A stretch of 56,247 bases of DNA from a virus (IMGVR_UViG_3300020533_000001:1-56247); one strand, 5' to 3'; shown: positions 1 through 9,566, numbered from the stretch's first letter. The notes: generated from the letters alone by a model not told the origin. Numbers and translations: made by a program.

Positions 1-107
1 AACCTCCTGCTACCGCACCGACCCCAGAGTCAGTTGCAACTCAGCCCCCACCTGCCGTTCCCAGTGGTCCGCAAAAACCGGCTGGCACTCTTGAGTATTT
101 GTTGAAT
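1..107. repeat. Terminal direct repeat, copy 1 (circular assembly overlap)
   Basis: Identical to 56141-56247; lies inside an ORF that reads through the junction. Confidence 0.97.
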
Positions 108-3100
108 GCTGCCAAGAGAGGCGTGACGGGTACAACCTCCATGCTTGGTGCCGCGTATGAAACCGGCAGCGAAATGAACCGCAGATTGAAAGAGATGGAG
201 GAGCGTTCTCGTCGGGAAAATATGACTGTTCAGCAGCGAATGGACATGCTGCGTCAAAGCGGTTATTTCCCTAGCCTTGCTGATCTGGTTGATAAATATG
301 GCGAACAACAACGCCAAGCATCTCGCATAACGGGTGCTAAAGATCTTACGGCTCCGGGTCCGGTCACTGAGATTCTTGGTGCTGGCGTTGAGGCAGCGAC
401 AGATCCATTAGGCTTAATTGGCAAGGCCAAGATTCTTCCCGTTGCTAAAAGAGCGGTTGGAGAATTTGTTACTGGCACTTCTGCTGATATTGGTGGGCGT
501 GGTGGCGCTGCTGTTGAAGAAGCTATCACTGGCGAAGAATCCGGCCTTGGTCGGCTTGCCGGTTCCGTATTGGCAGGTGGCGCAAGCACTCTTAAAAGAG
601 AAACAGGCTCGCGAGTCTTTAACGAACTCCTTGATAAGTATCGTCAGGTCAAACTTACTGGCTCTCCCGATGAGGCTGCTGAAGAGTACGCCAAGGGAGC
701 GGCTAAGCGTTTGCTTGAGTTCGCAGCCAAAGAGCAAGGCGCTGGTTCTCTTCAAGAAATTATTAAAGAGGCAGGCGAAGCAGCTAAGTTTTCTACCGGC
801 GAGAATGCTCCTCTGCTGGTTGCGCTGGCTGATAATCCTGTCATTCGACAACAAGTCATTCGCCTCGCTAAAACCGATCCTGCCTTCCGTCAGCAAGTTA
901 ACGATACGTTGGCTTCGCTTGGTGATGATATGCGAGGGAAGGTCGAAAAGATCTTTGGCGTTCGTTACGAAGCTACAGGTAAAGGTCGTTCCATATTTGA
1001 GCCGGGATATGTTCCGGGTAAAGAACCGCCTAAAGGACTTGATATTGGCAATGTGGCTGAGCGTCGAGAAGTTTTGTCTCAGCGTATTGAAGACGTTGCC
1101 TCTGGATTTGAGCCTACTAAGTCCAAGGAAGAAATTGGTTCTCGCATTGAAAGCTTGATCGAAGACAAGAAGAAGCTTGCTCGTCAAGAGGTGTCTCCGG
1201 AATATGAAGCCCTTTTGAGTGAGGCTAGAGGCGCTCGTGTTGAAATGCCGCCTGATGGAGTTGGCACTATTTACGACTTTGTTCGTGAGAACAATTTGCG
1301 AGACATTTTTGGCAAAAATACTGACCTTGATAAACGCATTATGAGCGTTTTGGCTCCAAAAGAGTTTCCGGTTCCCGGCACTGCTGAAACTGTGTTGGAA
1401 CATTTGCCAATGAGCTTTGATAACGTGGAGTCGCTCAAGAAGGCAATCAATGAACTTAAGCGGCAACGTATGAGCGAAGATTCTCTGCGTAAAGTCATGC
1501 AGCTTGAAGAAATCGTTGACGAAGCCAGAAAGACCATTCCGGGTGACTTTAGCGACCGCTTGGATGCAATTGACCTGAAGTATTACGAGAAAGTTGGTGT
1601 ACCGTTTGGTGCTCAGGGAGTTAAAGACGTTGACTCCAAAAAGTACGCAACCCAAGTGGCTCCGATTATCGTCAAGAACAGCGAGTCGTTCGATCAGTTT
1701 ATTCGTGCTGTGGGCAAGGAAGACGGCTACAAGATTGCCGAAGACTCTATCATCAGTGAAATTTATGACAGAGCCGTCAAGGATGGGGAATTAAATCCCG
1801 GCGCTTTAGCCAAGTATCTCAAGCAAAAGGAAGGCATCATTCGCCAGATTCCGGGGCTTGAAAATAAGTTGCGCGGAGCATTGTCCGACGACTCCGTATT
1901 GAGAGCGCGTATTAATCAACTGGATGATGCGGCTGCTGCGGCTCAAAAGCGTATTGCGGATAACGCTCTGACCAAGTTTGAAGCGCCTAATTACACCACG
2001 CTTGCTCGTTCGTTTATGACTGATCCCAAGTCTCGGGAAAAGCTTTTACGCGACATTGGTGACTTGGATGCTGATTCTGCTAAGGCAGTTCGTCGAACCC
2101 TTCGTGCTGAGGTTATTGCCTTGGCCGATGAGAACCCGACTGGGTTTATGGATTACCTAATGAATCCAGCCAACAAGGATGCCTTGGACAAGATATTTGG
2201 ATCTGCGTTCCAGCCTGCGCTGCGTAAGGTTGGCTTGCTGTCAGATAAACTTGCTCAAGCCGACATCAGTAAGGTTGGCGTTGCCGTGACTAAAGAGGAT
2301 CTGGACCCGTTGGCTAAACTAGCTCCGGGCTTGGACATCCCATACATCTCATCTACTTTCCGAGATCGCATTACGAGCTTGCCGCAAAAGGTAGTTCGTT
2401 TGATGTCTCGCGTTAATTCAGCCCGTTTGTTGCAAAAAACCGACGAAACAATCAAAGAACTGTTGCTCGACCCCAACGGTGTTCAGAAGTTAGCAAATGT
2501 TGCTTCTGAGATTGACTTCTCGGTGGACGTTGCTGGGAGGCTAAAGAAGCTTTCTAACACGCTGTCTGATGTTATGCCTCGCGCTTTGTACACCTCTGGA
2601 AAGACTGCCGTTGCCGGTGAGGAGCGTGAGCAGCGCGGTAGAGAGCGTCAAGAGCAGTTGGCCGAAGACATTATTACGGGTGGCTTTGAAGATGAGTCTG
2701 GAATGCCTACCGAGGGCAGCGGTAATTCTTACAACATTGATGACATCATTTCTTCGCGTAATGCTGAAGATTTGGCTCCAATCATTAAGTCTATTTACGA
2801 GCAGGAGTCTTCCTCTGGAAAGGTAGATACCAGCAAAGAAAATTATGCTGGCGCAAAGGGTCCAATGCAGGTTACGCAAAAAACTTTTAATGACATGCGT
2901 AAGTCTGGATTGATTCCTGAAAACTACAGCTTTGATAATCCTTCGCATCTTGCTGAAGCTGGTGTCGCTTTAATTCAGGATCTTGCCCGTCGTTACAATA
3001 ACGATCCGGGGAAAATCGCTGCTGCTTATTATGGTGGACCCGATGCTGTTAAAGACGGTGAGATTAGCCGAAGCCGTCGGGACCCAGTAAATCCAAAAGC

Positions 3101-3512
3101 TCCAACAGTTGGAGAGTATACGGATAAAGTTTTATCACGATTAATGCCGACCGCTCAGGCTAAAGGAATGGCTCAGGGCGGCTTGGTTGAACCCGGCAAC
3201 ATTGATGTCTCAAAATTGCCAGCAGTTCGTAACGCGGATGGAACTTACAGCACCGTAAGATCCATGGGCGTTAACATCAATGGAAAGGAAGTCCTGATAC
3301 CAACGGTAGTTAACGGGCGTGTGGTTTCGGATAAAGAAGCCATCGACCATTACTTAAAAACCGGGAAACATCTTGGTGTCTTTAGCACCCCTAAAGAGTC
3401 CAGCGCTTACGCTGAGAAGCTGCACCAAATGGAAGCTCAAAGGATCAAGAAGGCTCGCGGTGGATACACTCTTGCTGAAGAACTCTTGCTAAGGCGTTAC
3501 GCAAACAGGTAG
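3..3512 (+). CDS. Large internal virion/ejection protein with lytic transglycosylase domain (3' part; starts at 56029, about 1207 aa in total)
   Basis: In frame with ATG 56029 across the junction; SLT motifs YEQES, GAKGPMQV, AAAYYGG at about 2790-3050; last gene of the structural operon. Confidence 0.85.
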   Translation, partial: PPATAPTPESVATQPPPAVPSGPQKPAGTLEYLLNAAKRGVTGTTSMLGAAYETGSEMNRRLKEMEERSRRENMTVQQRMDMLRQSGYFPSLADLVDKYGEQQRQASRITGAKDLTAPGPVTEILGAGVEAATDPLGLIGKAKILPVAKRAVGEFVTGTSADIGGRGGAAVEEAITGEESGLGRLAGSVLAGGASTLKRETGSRVFNELLDKYRQVKLTGSPDEAAEEYAKGAAKRLLEFAAKEQGAGSLQEIIKEAGEAAKFSTGENAPLLVALADNPVIRQQVIRLAKTDPAFRQQVNDTLASLGDDMRGKVEKIFGVRYEATGKGRSIFEPGYVPGKEPPKGLDIGNVAERREVLSQRIEDVASGFEPTKSKEEIGSRIESLIEDKKKLARQEVSPEYEALLSEARGARVEMPPDGVGTIYDFVRENNLRDIFGKNTDLDKRIMSVLAPKEFPVPGTAETVLEHLPMSFDNVESLKKAINELKRQRMSEDSLRKVMQLEEIVDEARKTIPGDFSDRLDAIDLKYYEKVGVPFGAQGVKDVDSKKYATQVAPIIVKNSESFDQFIRAVGKEDGYKIAEDSIISEIYDRAVKDGELNPGALAKYLKQKEGIIRQIPGLENKLRGALSDDSVLRARINQLDDAAAAAQKRIADNALTKFEAPNYTTLARSFMTDPKSREKLLRDIGDLDADSAKAVRRTLRAEVIALADENPTGFMDYLMNPANKDALDKIFGSAFQPALRKVGLLSDKLAQADISKVGVAVTKEDLDPLAKLAPGLDIPYISSTFRDRITSLPQKVVRLMSRVNSARLLQKTDETIKELLLDPNGVQKLANVASEIDFSVDVAGRLKKLSNTLSDVMPRALYTSGKTAVAGEEREQRGRERQEQLAEDIITGGFEDESGMPTEGSGNSYNIDDIISSRNAEDLAPIIKSIYEQESSSGKVDTSKENYAGAKGPMQVTQKTFNDMRKSGLIPENYSFDNPSHLAEAGVALIQDLARRYNNDPGKIAAAYYGGPDAVKDGEISRSRRDPVNPKAPTVGEYTDKVLSRLMPTAQAKGMAQGGLVEPGNIDVSKLPAVRNADGTYSTVRSMGVNINGKEVLIPTVVNGRVVSDKEAIDHYLKTGKHLGVFSTPKESSAYAEKLHQMEAQRIKKARGGYTLAEELLLRRYANR

Positions 3513-3522
3513 AGTCAAGCCC

Positions 3523-3750
3523 ATGAAAAAGAAGGACAAGTACATTCCAGTCCAAATAGAAGACGGGATATGGTACCGGGTCCGTGGGTACACACACTCG
3601 GAGTGCTGTGACTGTGCGTTGGTGCACAAGGAAGAGTATCGACTTGTAGATGGCCATCTGGAATGGCGTGCATCTCGGGACGATAAAGCAACCAACAAGC
3701 GCCGCAAGGAACTAGGCATAAAGGTGGATCGTGCCGACAAAGGTAAATGA
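3523..3750 (+). CDS. Hypothetical protein with CCDC..H motif
   Basis: 75-aa ORF coupled to the next gene. Confidence 0.65.
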   Translation: MKKKDKYIPVQIEDGIWYRVRGYTHSECCDCALVHKEEYRLVDGHLEWRASRDDKATNKRRKELGIKVDRADKGK

Positions 3751-4726
3751 TTCTGAATTCATCGAAGCTTGGAAAAAACTAAAGAGCGCCAGTAAAGTTT
3801 CAGAGTTCTTCAAGATGGACGTACGAGCCATCCGAGCCAGAAGAAGAACCATAGAAATCAGATACGGAATATCGCTGCCGTCTGAGAGTAAAGGTCTAGG
3901 AAATAGCTGGCGAGCACAAAAAGGGCAGATACTGGATAAAATCGCAGAGCATCGGTCCAAGGTCTACAAGCATGTGATGGACTACGAGCTGCACGATGGT
4001 GTGGTTCTTGTGGCATCGGATGCGCATTACTGGCCCGGTATTGTTACTCCCGGACACGAAGCCTTTTGTAAGTTAGCCAAGCAATTAAAGCCTGCAATGG
4101 TGGTGCTTAATGGCGACATCTTGGATGGCGCTCGCATTAGCCGTCACGCTCGGATCATGTGGGAAAAGCAGCCCGAGCTGAAGGACGAGATCCACACCGT
4201 TCAGGATCGCTGCGCTGAGATTGAAAGAGCCGCTCAAGGTGCTAAGTTAATCCGCACCATTGGTAACCACGACAGTCGATTTGAGAACTACCTGTCTGGT
4301 CGAGCTGGCGAGTTTGAAGAGATGGTAGGTACGACGTTGCTCGACTATCTCCCGCGTTGGGAGGCTGGATGGGCGTTGCATCTAAACCGCGAAGAGGATG
4401 GCTGGGTCTGTATACGGCACCGTCCGGTCGGAGGAGGCATTCACTCTTCGTACAACTCAACCCTCAAGGCTGGGGTGTCCTATATCCACGGGCATCTCCA
4501 CAAGCTTCAGGTTACGCCGTGGGCGGATTATCGCGGTCGCAGATATGGCGTAGACACCGGGACTCTTGCGGAACCATACGGGCCGCAGTTCAACTACACC
4601 GAGGCTGGACCGGTCAACTGGGCATCGGGCTTTGCCGTTCTTACTTTTGTGGGCGGTAAGATGCTTCAGCCGGAACTGTGCGTCGTCGAACATGGTAAGG
4701 CTTGGTTCCGGGGTAAAGAGGTCTAG
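3731..4726 (+). CDS. Calcineurin-like metallophosphoesterase
   Basis: SDAH, GDILD, GNHD and GHLH metal-binding motifs. Confidence 0.88.
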   Translation: MPTKVNDSEFIEAWKKLKSASKVSEFFKMDVRAIRARRRTIEIRYGISLPSESKGLGNSWRAQKGQILDKIAEHRSKVYKHVMDYELHDGVVLVASDAHYWPGIVTPGHEAFCKLAKQLKPAMVVLNGDILDGARISRHARIMWEKQPELKDEIHTVQDRCAEIERAAQGAKLIRTIGNHDSRFENYLSGRAGEFEEMVGTTLLDYLPRWEAGWALHLNREEDGWVCIRHRPVGGGIHSSYNSTLKAGVSYIHGHLHKLQVTPWADYRGRRYGVDTGTLAEPYGPQFNYTEAGPVNWASGFAVLTFVGGKMLQPELCVVEHGKAWFRGKEV

Positions 4727-5067
4727 GGGAATCTTACACCCTCTGAGCCGACCTTTTGGTTCTGAAGCGACTCAACGTATGCCGTGATGATGGCTTCGAT
4801 GAACTCATCAAACTGGTCGGGTTTGAACTCCAAGAAGTTATAAACCCCACAGGCTTCGATGAAGTAACCCGCAGCCGCAGCGGCATCGTTCAGGGCAATC
4901 TTTTCGTTTGGTGACTTGTCGATCATATAGTCATCCATGCAACGCATTGAACAAAAGCGAGCCTTGGTTTTGAGTACCCCCGGCGGCGGCAGATACAGGA
5001 ACCCCCGTGCCTCCCGCTTGCACACCGGGCATAAACCGAAACTCGACAATCTCTGTGTACTTGCCAT
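4723..5067 (-). CDS. Zn-finger hypothetical protein (DUF6511-like); start uncertain
   Basis: CPVC..REARGF..FCSMRC motif; follows the helicase and overlaps its 3' end. Confidence 0.65.
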   Translation of the reverse strand: MASTQRLSSFGLCPVCKREARGFLYLPPPGVLKTKARFCSMRCMDDYMIDKSPNEKIALNDAAAAAGYFIEACGVYNFLEFKPDQFDEFIEAIITAYVESLQNQKVGSEGVRFP

Positions 5068-6610
5068 TCTTACGAACCTGAATCTCGGTGGGCTTCATTA
5101 GGGAATCTGCCTTCGCAATAGCGTCTACGGTCGTGCCGGGGAGAATGCCGGGGCCGGTCATACGCTTGCGCCACCACTTGAGAGCCTTATCACGGGGGTA
5201 ACCCTTATGGTCGAAGCACACCCATTCCCGATAAATCTCCAGCCCAGCGCGATATTCAACCCGCATGGAGTCAGGCTTACCGGGCTTCTTGTGTATCCGA
5301 TAAGTGACAGAGTTGACCTTGACCCATTCGGCGGGTGCGCTCGCACTCATCACCGGCAGCGTCGTAGCCGTCTGGTCGATAGCCGGAGCTGTGGGTGGCC
5401 ATACGTAGCCGCAGTCAGGACACTCGGAGCACCCCGCAAAAACGATGCTCATGCACTTGGGGCAGTCCTTGGTCGGCGCTACGCCTTCTCCGGTCGTTTG
5501 GCGGGGCTTCTTGGGGTTCACCCGATCTACCGGACCGTGCCGTGCAATGTTCCCCGCAAAGTCCAAAACCAAGCAGTCTGACTTACCCGGCGAGTTACGC
5601 ATCCCGCGTCCCATAATCTGTATATACAAGCCGGTTGACTGAGTGGGTCGCAGCAGTGCAAGCAAATCTACAGCAGGGGCGTTAAAGCCGGTTGTGAGCA
5701 CCCCCATGGACGCAATAGAACGGATTCTCCCGGCCTTGAAGTCACGCACGATACGATCCCGCTCTGCGTCAGGGGTATCCCCGAAGATCGTTTCACAACT
5801 GACCCCATAGCGTCTGACAATGTTGGCTACGTCGGTAGCGTGCTGAACCCCGGCGCAGAAGATCAGCCAAGACTTTCTCTCGGCTCCGAACAGTACGATT
5901 TCCCGCACGATGGATTCATTCACATCAGCACGATTAACCGCACGCTCCAGCTCACCGGGCACAAACTCGCCACCCCGGACACTGACGCCGCTAACGTCAA
6001 GGCGCGTCTTGGGCTGCTTGGACATCAACTTGGTGAGATAGCCCTGCTCCACCATGTCTTTCAAATCGGCTTCGTATGACACGCCGTCGAACAGGCTATC
6101 GTTTCCAGAGTGCAACAATCCAGAATCCAACCGATATGGCGTGGCAGTCAATCCAATCACCCTGACATGAGGGTTCATAATCTTCAGGTTGTTGAGGAAC
6201 TTCTGGTACATCGTATTGGTCTTACGAGGAATCAGGTGCGCTTCATCCACCAGTACCAAGTCCACCTTCACGAACTTGGATGCCTTCCGATGCACCGACT
6301 GTATCCCACAGAATACGATTGACGGGTCATAGTCCCGCTTCTTTAGCCCAGCCGAGTTGATGCCAGCCGGAGCTTCGGGCCACAAACCTTTTAGCTCTTC
6401 GTAGTTCTGACGGATCAATTCACGAACGTGCGTCACAACCAAAATCTTTGTATCTGGCCACTGCGCTAAAACGCGCTTACAAAAATCTGCGATGACAACG
6501 CTTTTACCAGTACCCGTAGGCAACACGATCAGAGGATTACCTTCTTGCTCTTGGAAATACCGAAGAGTGCTATCTATCGCTTCTTGTTGATAGGGTCTGA
6601 GTGTAATCAC
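4931..6610 (-). CDS. Superfamily 2 DEAH helicase (RadD/YejH-like) with Zn finger
   Basis: LRPYQ, PTGTGKS, DEAH, TATP, QIMGRGMR, CPKC..CPDC; GTG start overlaps the upstream stop. Confidence 0.93.
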   Translation of the reverse strand: MITLRPYQQEAIDSTLRYFQEQEGNPLIVLPTGTGKSVVIADFCKRVLAQWPDTKILVVTHVRELIRQNYEELKGLWPEAPAGINSAGLKKRDYDPSIVFCGIQSVHRKASKFVKVDLVLVDEAHLIPRKTNTMYQKFLNNLKIMNPHVRVIGLTATPYRLDSGLLHSGNDSLFDGVSYEADLKDMVEQGYLTKLMSKQPKTRLDVSGVSVRGGEFVPGELERAVNRADVNESIVREIVLFGAERKSWLIFCAGVQHATDVANIVRRYGVSCETIFGDTPDAERDRIVRDFKAGRIRSIASMGVLTTGFNAPAVDLLALLRPTQSTGLYIQIMGRGMRNSPGKSDCLVLDFAGNIARHGPVDRVNPKKPRQTTGEGVAPTKDCPKCMSIVFAGCSECPDCGYVWPPTAPAIDQTATTLPVMSASAPAEWVKVNSVTYRIHKKPGKPDSMRVEYRAGLEIYREWVCFDHKGYPRDKALKWWRKRMTGPGILPGTTVDAIAKADSLMKPTEIQVRKNGKYTEIVEFRFMPGVQAGGTGVPVSAAAGGTQNQGSLLFNALHG

Positions 6611-6816
6611 GAATCTAACTCCGGTTTTGGGCATGACTGAACAATTGACATTGCCACTTGTTTCACTCGTTCTAATTCACCAACGGCTTGAGCCATGATG
6701 AGAGCGTAGGCATAGCAATCCAGAGCCTTCATAACGATTTCTAAATCGTCAGCGGTCAGCAGCATGGTTGCGTCTACTTCTACCTCGTCCTCATCTATTT
6801 CGATTTGTCGATCCAT
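6607..6816 (-). CDS. Hypothetical protein
   Basis: 69-aa ORF packed between exonuclease and helicase. Confidence 0.6.
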   Translation of the reverse strand: MDRQIEIDEDEVEVDATMLLTADDLEIVMKALDCYAYALIMAQAVGELERVKQVAMSIVQSCPKPELDS

Positions 6817-7745
6817 ACAACCCCACCCCGCAGTGAATACTCAACCCAGTTAGGACCCGAGTTTATCTGTTCGCCGGGGATCAGGTCAGGGACAAAGAGA
6901 TGGTTCTCGCAGCCTTTGATTTGTGCGTCCATGTCTAAGTCCGTCTTGTGCAGCTCACACTTCCAGCCGCCCGTTTTAAGCGGAGTGCTATGTAAGCAAG
7001 TACGGCAAGACTTATGACGCGGCATATCGTCGCCATGGCACATACTGTGGAAGTTGCAGTACTTACACTCATGCCACGCTGGGTCAGATGAAACCTTACT
7101 GGCCGGTCTTGGTGAGAAAATGATGCGCTTGGCCTTCTCAATAAACTTCTCGGCTTCGCCCTGATCGTACTCAGTGACAACGCTCGTAATGTCGCGCACA
7201 CCGGCAGAGGCAGCGGTCAGATAATGTTTCGGCGCATTGAAGAAGTGCATATAGATCTGAGCTTGTGCGTAATACACATAGTCCCAGTTCTTCAACGCTT
7301 CAGATTCGTTCTTGATTTTGAGCGACACCAGCTTCTTGTACTTGATGTCGTTAATGACTTTGCATTCCCAGACGTAAAGCGTGTCTGGATCTTGGATCAG
7401 GCCCGTAATCAGCCCGTCGCAGTTACCGCGAAAGTGTCCGCCTAGCGACTCAAAGGAGTGCTGAACACCGGGTTCCTTTTCCGTGGAAAGATCTAGCCCC
7501 GCTACCTTGCGGAGTAGGTCTGCAACTACCTGTTCACCCCGGTGCCCATCGTTAATTCGACGTAGCCCAGCGGCCTCAATAAACCCTCGCTTGACCCAAC
7601 GGAAATTTAACCACAGTTTGCGGTCACATACATCCCCAATAGCCGATGCCCCTAGATAATTCCTAGGGCGACTTTCTTGCTCGGCTTCCAAGGCAGCGTC
7701 AACCGCCTTCAAAGTGGGATCTTCAAAGTCTGGAATCTTAACCAT
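6795..7745 (-). CDS. Cas4-like PD-(D/E)xK exonuclease
   Basis: GASAIG..C, GNCDG, WECK, QAQIYM, C-terminal CKYC..C cluster; SD GGAGG. Confidence 0.88.
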   Translation of the reverse strand: MVKIPDFEDPTLKAVDAALEAEQESRPRNYLGASAIGDVCDRKLWLNFRWVKRGFIEAAGLRRINDGHRGEQVVADLLRKVAGLDLSTEKEPGVQHSFESLGGHFRGNCDGLITGLIQDPDTLYVWECKVINDIKYKKLVSLKIKNESEALKNWDYVYYAQAQIYMHFFNAPKHYLTAASAGVRDITSVVTEYDQGEAEKFIEKAKRIIFSPRPASKVSSDPAWHECKYCNFHSMCHGDDMPRHKSCRTCLHSTPLKTGGWKCELHKTDLDMDAQIKGCENHLFVPDLIPGEQINSGPNWVEYSLRGGVVWIDKSK

Positions 7746-7759
7746 GGCCCCTCCAAAGG

Positions 7760-7823
7760 GAGGCGTGACACCCGGAAGTAGTGGGGTTGGGCAGAGGTAA
7801 ATGCCCTCCGGATGCCACGCCTC
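7760..7823 (-). promoter_or_regulatory. 19-bp intergenic RNA stem (possible RNase III or regulatory hairpin)
   Basis: GAGGCGUGGCAUCCGGAGG pairs with CUUCCGGGUGUCACGCCUC, using three G-U pairs that form only on the minus strand. Confidence 0.7.
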
Positions 7824-7828
7824 TTTAC

Positions 7829-8305
7829 TTACTTCTTATGCCGTTCCCAAGGTTTGGGAGCAGCACCCGCAGGAGCCGCCGGAGCAGCCGTTTCCGTCGC
7901 CACAGGAGCATTCACCCCGTAGTACGCCGGACGCACTTCCAGCTTGCCTTGCTTGTTCTCTTTGTGCGTGATGACCACTTTCAGCGCCTTGTTGTGCAAC
8001 TGAACCGAGTCATTCGGCAACGACGAAAAGTTCAAGGCCGAGCAAATGTTGCTCAGAGTCTTACGAGCAATCTTCACCGCCGTCTCGTTCTTGTTAAAGA
8101 GATTCAGGCGATCCCAGAACTTGCGACCGACATACTTCGGCCCGAGGATTTCAAACTCCAGCCAGAGGTACTGACCGTCGCCCATCTTCGTATCGCGAAG
8201 CTCCGAGTTGATGATGTGCATCTGGTACTCGCCAACCGGCAGAATCTCAGGTGCGCCGTCGCTGATGTTTTCAAAGTCAGCAGGATTCAAATTAAGCAAT
8301 GCCAT
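7829..8305 (-). CDS. DUF669-like single-stranded DNA-binding protein
   Basis: LPVGEY..I..SE, YLWLEFEIL..Y.GRKFWDRLNL, Pro/Ala tail ending KPW. Confidence 0.8.
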   Translation of the reverse strand: MALLNLNPADFENISDGAPEILPVGEYQMHIINSELRDTKMGDGQYLWLEFEILGPKYVGRKFWDRLNLFNKNETAVKIARKTLSNICSALNFSSLPNDSVQLHNKALKVVITHKENKQGKLEVRPAYYGVNAPVATETAAPAAPAGAAPKPWERHKK

Positions 8306-8309
8306 GTTA

Positions 8310-9074
8310 TTACTCTCCGATCACGTTGTTCATAGAAGTGCCAAGCGCCTCTGCAAACTTGGCGTATTCAAGGGGAAGTTGATCCGGCAACGGCCAGCGG
8401 GACTTAGCCTGCCAACCCGGACGCTCTTGGGTGTACAGCACACGATTACCGCTACCGACAGCGCGAGTGACCTTCTGGTTGAAACCCACATCACTTTTCA
8501 CAGTGCTGTACTGCTGGTTCGCAAACATCAGGATGTCGCACCATTCGCTGATCAGGCTTGCGCTGCCATGATGCAGGTCCAACTGGTAACGGTCATACGG
8601 GTCAGCCAGCGGGTCATCAAAACGCTTTACTTGCGTATGTGCCAGCAGGATGACTTGCATATTCTTATCGGAGCGGAGGTGATCCAGCCCTTCCAGAATC
8701 TGCTTCCAGTAATCCGTTGCCGCCTTGTAGCCGCGACCGTAGCCGATGGCGTCGATGGTAGCCACGTTGTTGTCCTTGGCAACACGCTTGTGAACCAGTT
8801 GCTCAGCCCAGTCAGCCGAGTCAATCACAACGGTTCCGAAGTCGTGATCTTCCTGAGCCAGTGATCCAATCGCATCTATGATCTCTTCATACGATTGGCA
8901 CAGCGGGAAGGCCGTGACGTTTATTGCATCCAATCCTTCCTCGGTTTGAATGAAGACAGGATTCGGTGCTTGGGCGGCGAAAGTGGACTTACCGATACCG
9001 TGAGTTCCGTACAGAACAATTCGGGGCGGTCGTGCTACGCCGGTCTTTCTCAAACTTTTAAGTGATATGGCCAT
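8310..9074 (-). CDS. AAA_24 / Sak4-like ATPase (recombinase)
   Basis: YGTHGIGKST Walker A, VVIDS Walker B, AKSR; adjacent to SSB and exonuclease. Confidence 0.87.
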   Translation of the reverse strand: MAISLKSLRKTGVARPPRIVLYGTHGIGKSTFAAQAPNPVFIQTEEGLDAINVTAFPLCQSYEEIIDAIGSLAQEDHDFGTVVIDSADWAEQLVHKRVAKDNNVATIDAIGYGRGYKAATDYWKQILEGLDHLRSDKNMQVILLAHTQVKRFDDPLADPYDRYQLDLHHGSASLISEWCDILMFANQQYSTVKSDVGFNQKVTRAVGSGNRVLYTQERPGWQAKSRWPLPDQLPLEYAKFAEALGTSMNNVIGE

Positions 9075-9075
9075 C

Positions 9076-9450
9076 TCAAGCTCCCATTACGATAGATACA
9101 GTAGTTTTAGCGGGTTCAACAGTTAAAGCGGGTGACAACACTTTGTAGAGTTGCGGCTCGTTGTTCGCGAGGTACTTGACCCCGGTTACATCCAAGGTTC
9201 GCTTTACTGGCCACAACGTCTCTGGAATCTTGCTCGACACTTGGTCAAACAACTCCCAGTCAATCTTGCGATTGATACGACCGGTGATCGTGACTTTGTA
9301 GCTGCCAACAGCATGGGTTTTGCTGCCTTCCTCTCGTTTGCCTAGTACGGCTACGAGTTCCTCTTCTAGTGCTATCCGTCTTTCTTCGGCTTCGCGTTCA
9401 GCTTGCTTAGCCTTGAAAAGATCATCTGCTATTTCAAACTCATTTCGCAT
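9076..9450 (-). CDS. Conserved phage recombination-module protein
   Basis: Coiled-coil N-terminus; SD GAGGA; first gene of the leftward replication operon. Confidence 0.75.
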   Translation of the reverse strand: MRNEFEIADDLFKAKQAEREAEERRIALEEELVAVLGKREEGSKTHAVGSYKVTITGRINRKIDWELFDQVSSKIPETLWPVKRTLDVTGVKYLANNEPQLYKVLSPALTVEPAKTTVSIVMGA

Positions 9451-9499
9451 ATTCAGGGTTCCTCGTTCAGTGTTCAAAGTTCAGGTTTCAGTGTTCAGT
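9451..9499 (-). repeat. 7 x 7-nt tandem array in the 5' leader
   Basis: ACTGAAC ACTGAAA CCTGAAC TTTGAAC ACTGAAC GAGGAAC CCTGAAT immediately before the ATG. Confidence 0.85.
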
Positions 9500-9518
9500 C
9501 GGTTACCCGACGAAATGG

Positions 9519-9547
9519 ACTCTACACCCCCTTGTGACGGTTTGCAA
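9519..9547 (-). promoter_or_regulatory. Sigma70-type promoter, leftward
   Basis: TTGCAA-N17-TAGAGT with TG extension. Confidence 0.65.
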
Positions 9548-9560
9548 GTGCTGGCATGAT
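9532..9560 (+). promoter_or_regulatory. Sigma70-type promoter, rightward (overlapping and divergent)
   Basis: TTGTGA-N17-CATGAT; predicted +1 coincides with ATG 9567. Confidence 0.55.
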
Positions 9561-9566
9561 GTCACC

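Noticed and set aside
1-107. 107-bp terminal repeat as a biological direct terminal repeat
   Set aside because: It falls mid-gene and the ORF reads through, so it is best explained as circular assembly overlap.
414-1655. Long antisense ORF (413 aa) and similar ones (11652-12413, 40754-42238, 47325-48227)
   Set aside because: Shadow frames of well-supported genes with biased codons; no motifs or initiation signals.
6795-7745. Cas4-like gene as part of a CRISPR system
   Set aside because: No repeat-spacer array or other cas genes; it sits in a standard Sak4-SSB-exonuclease module.
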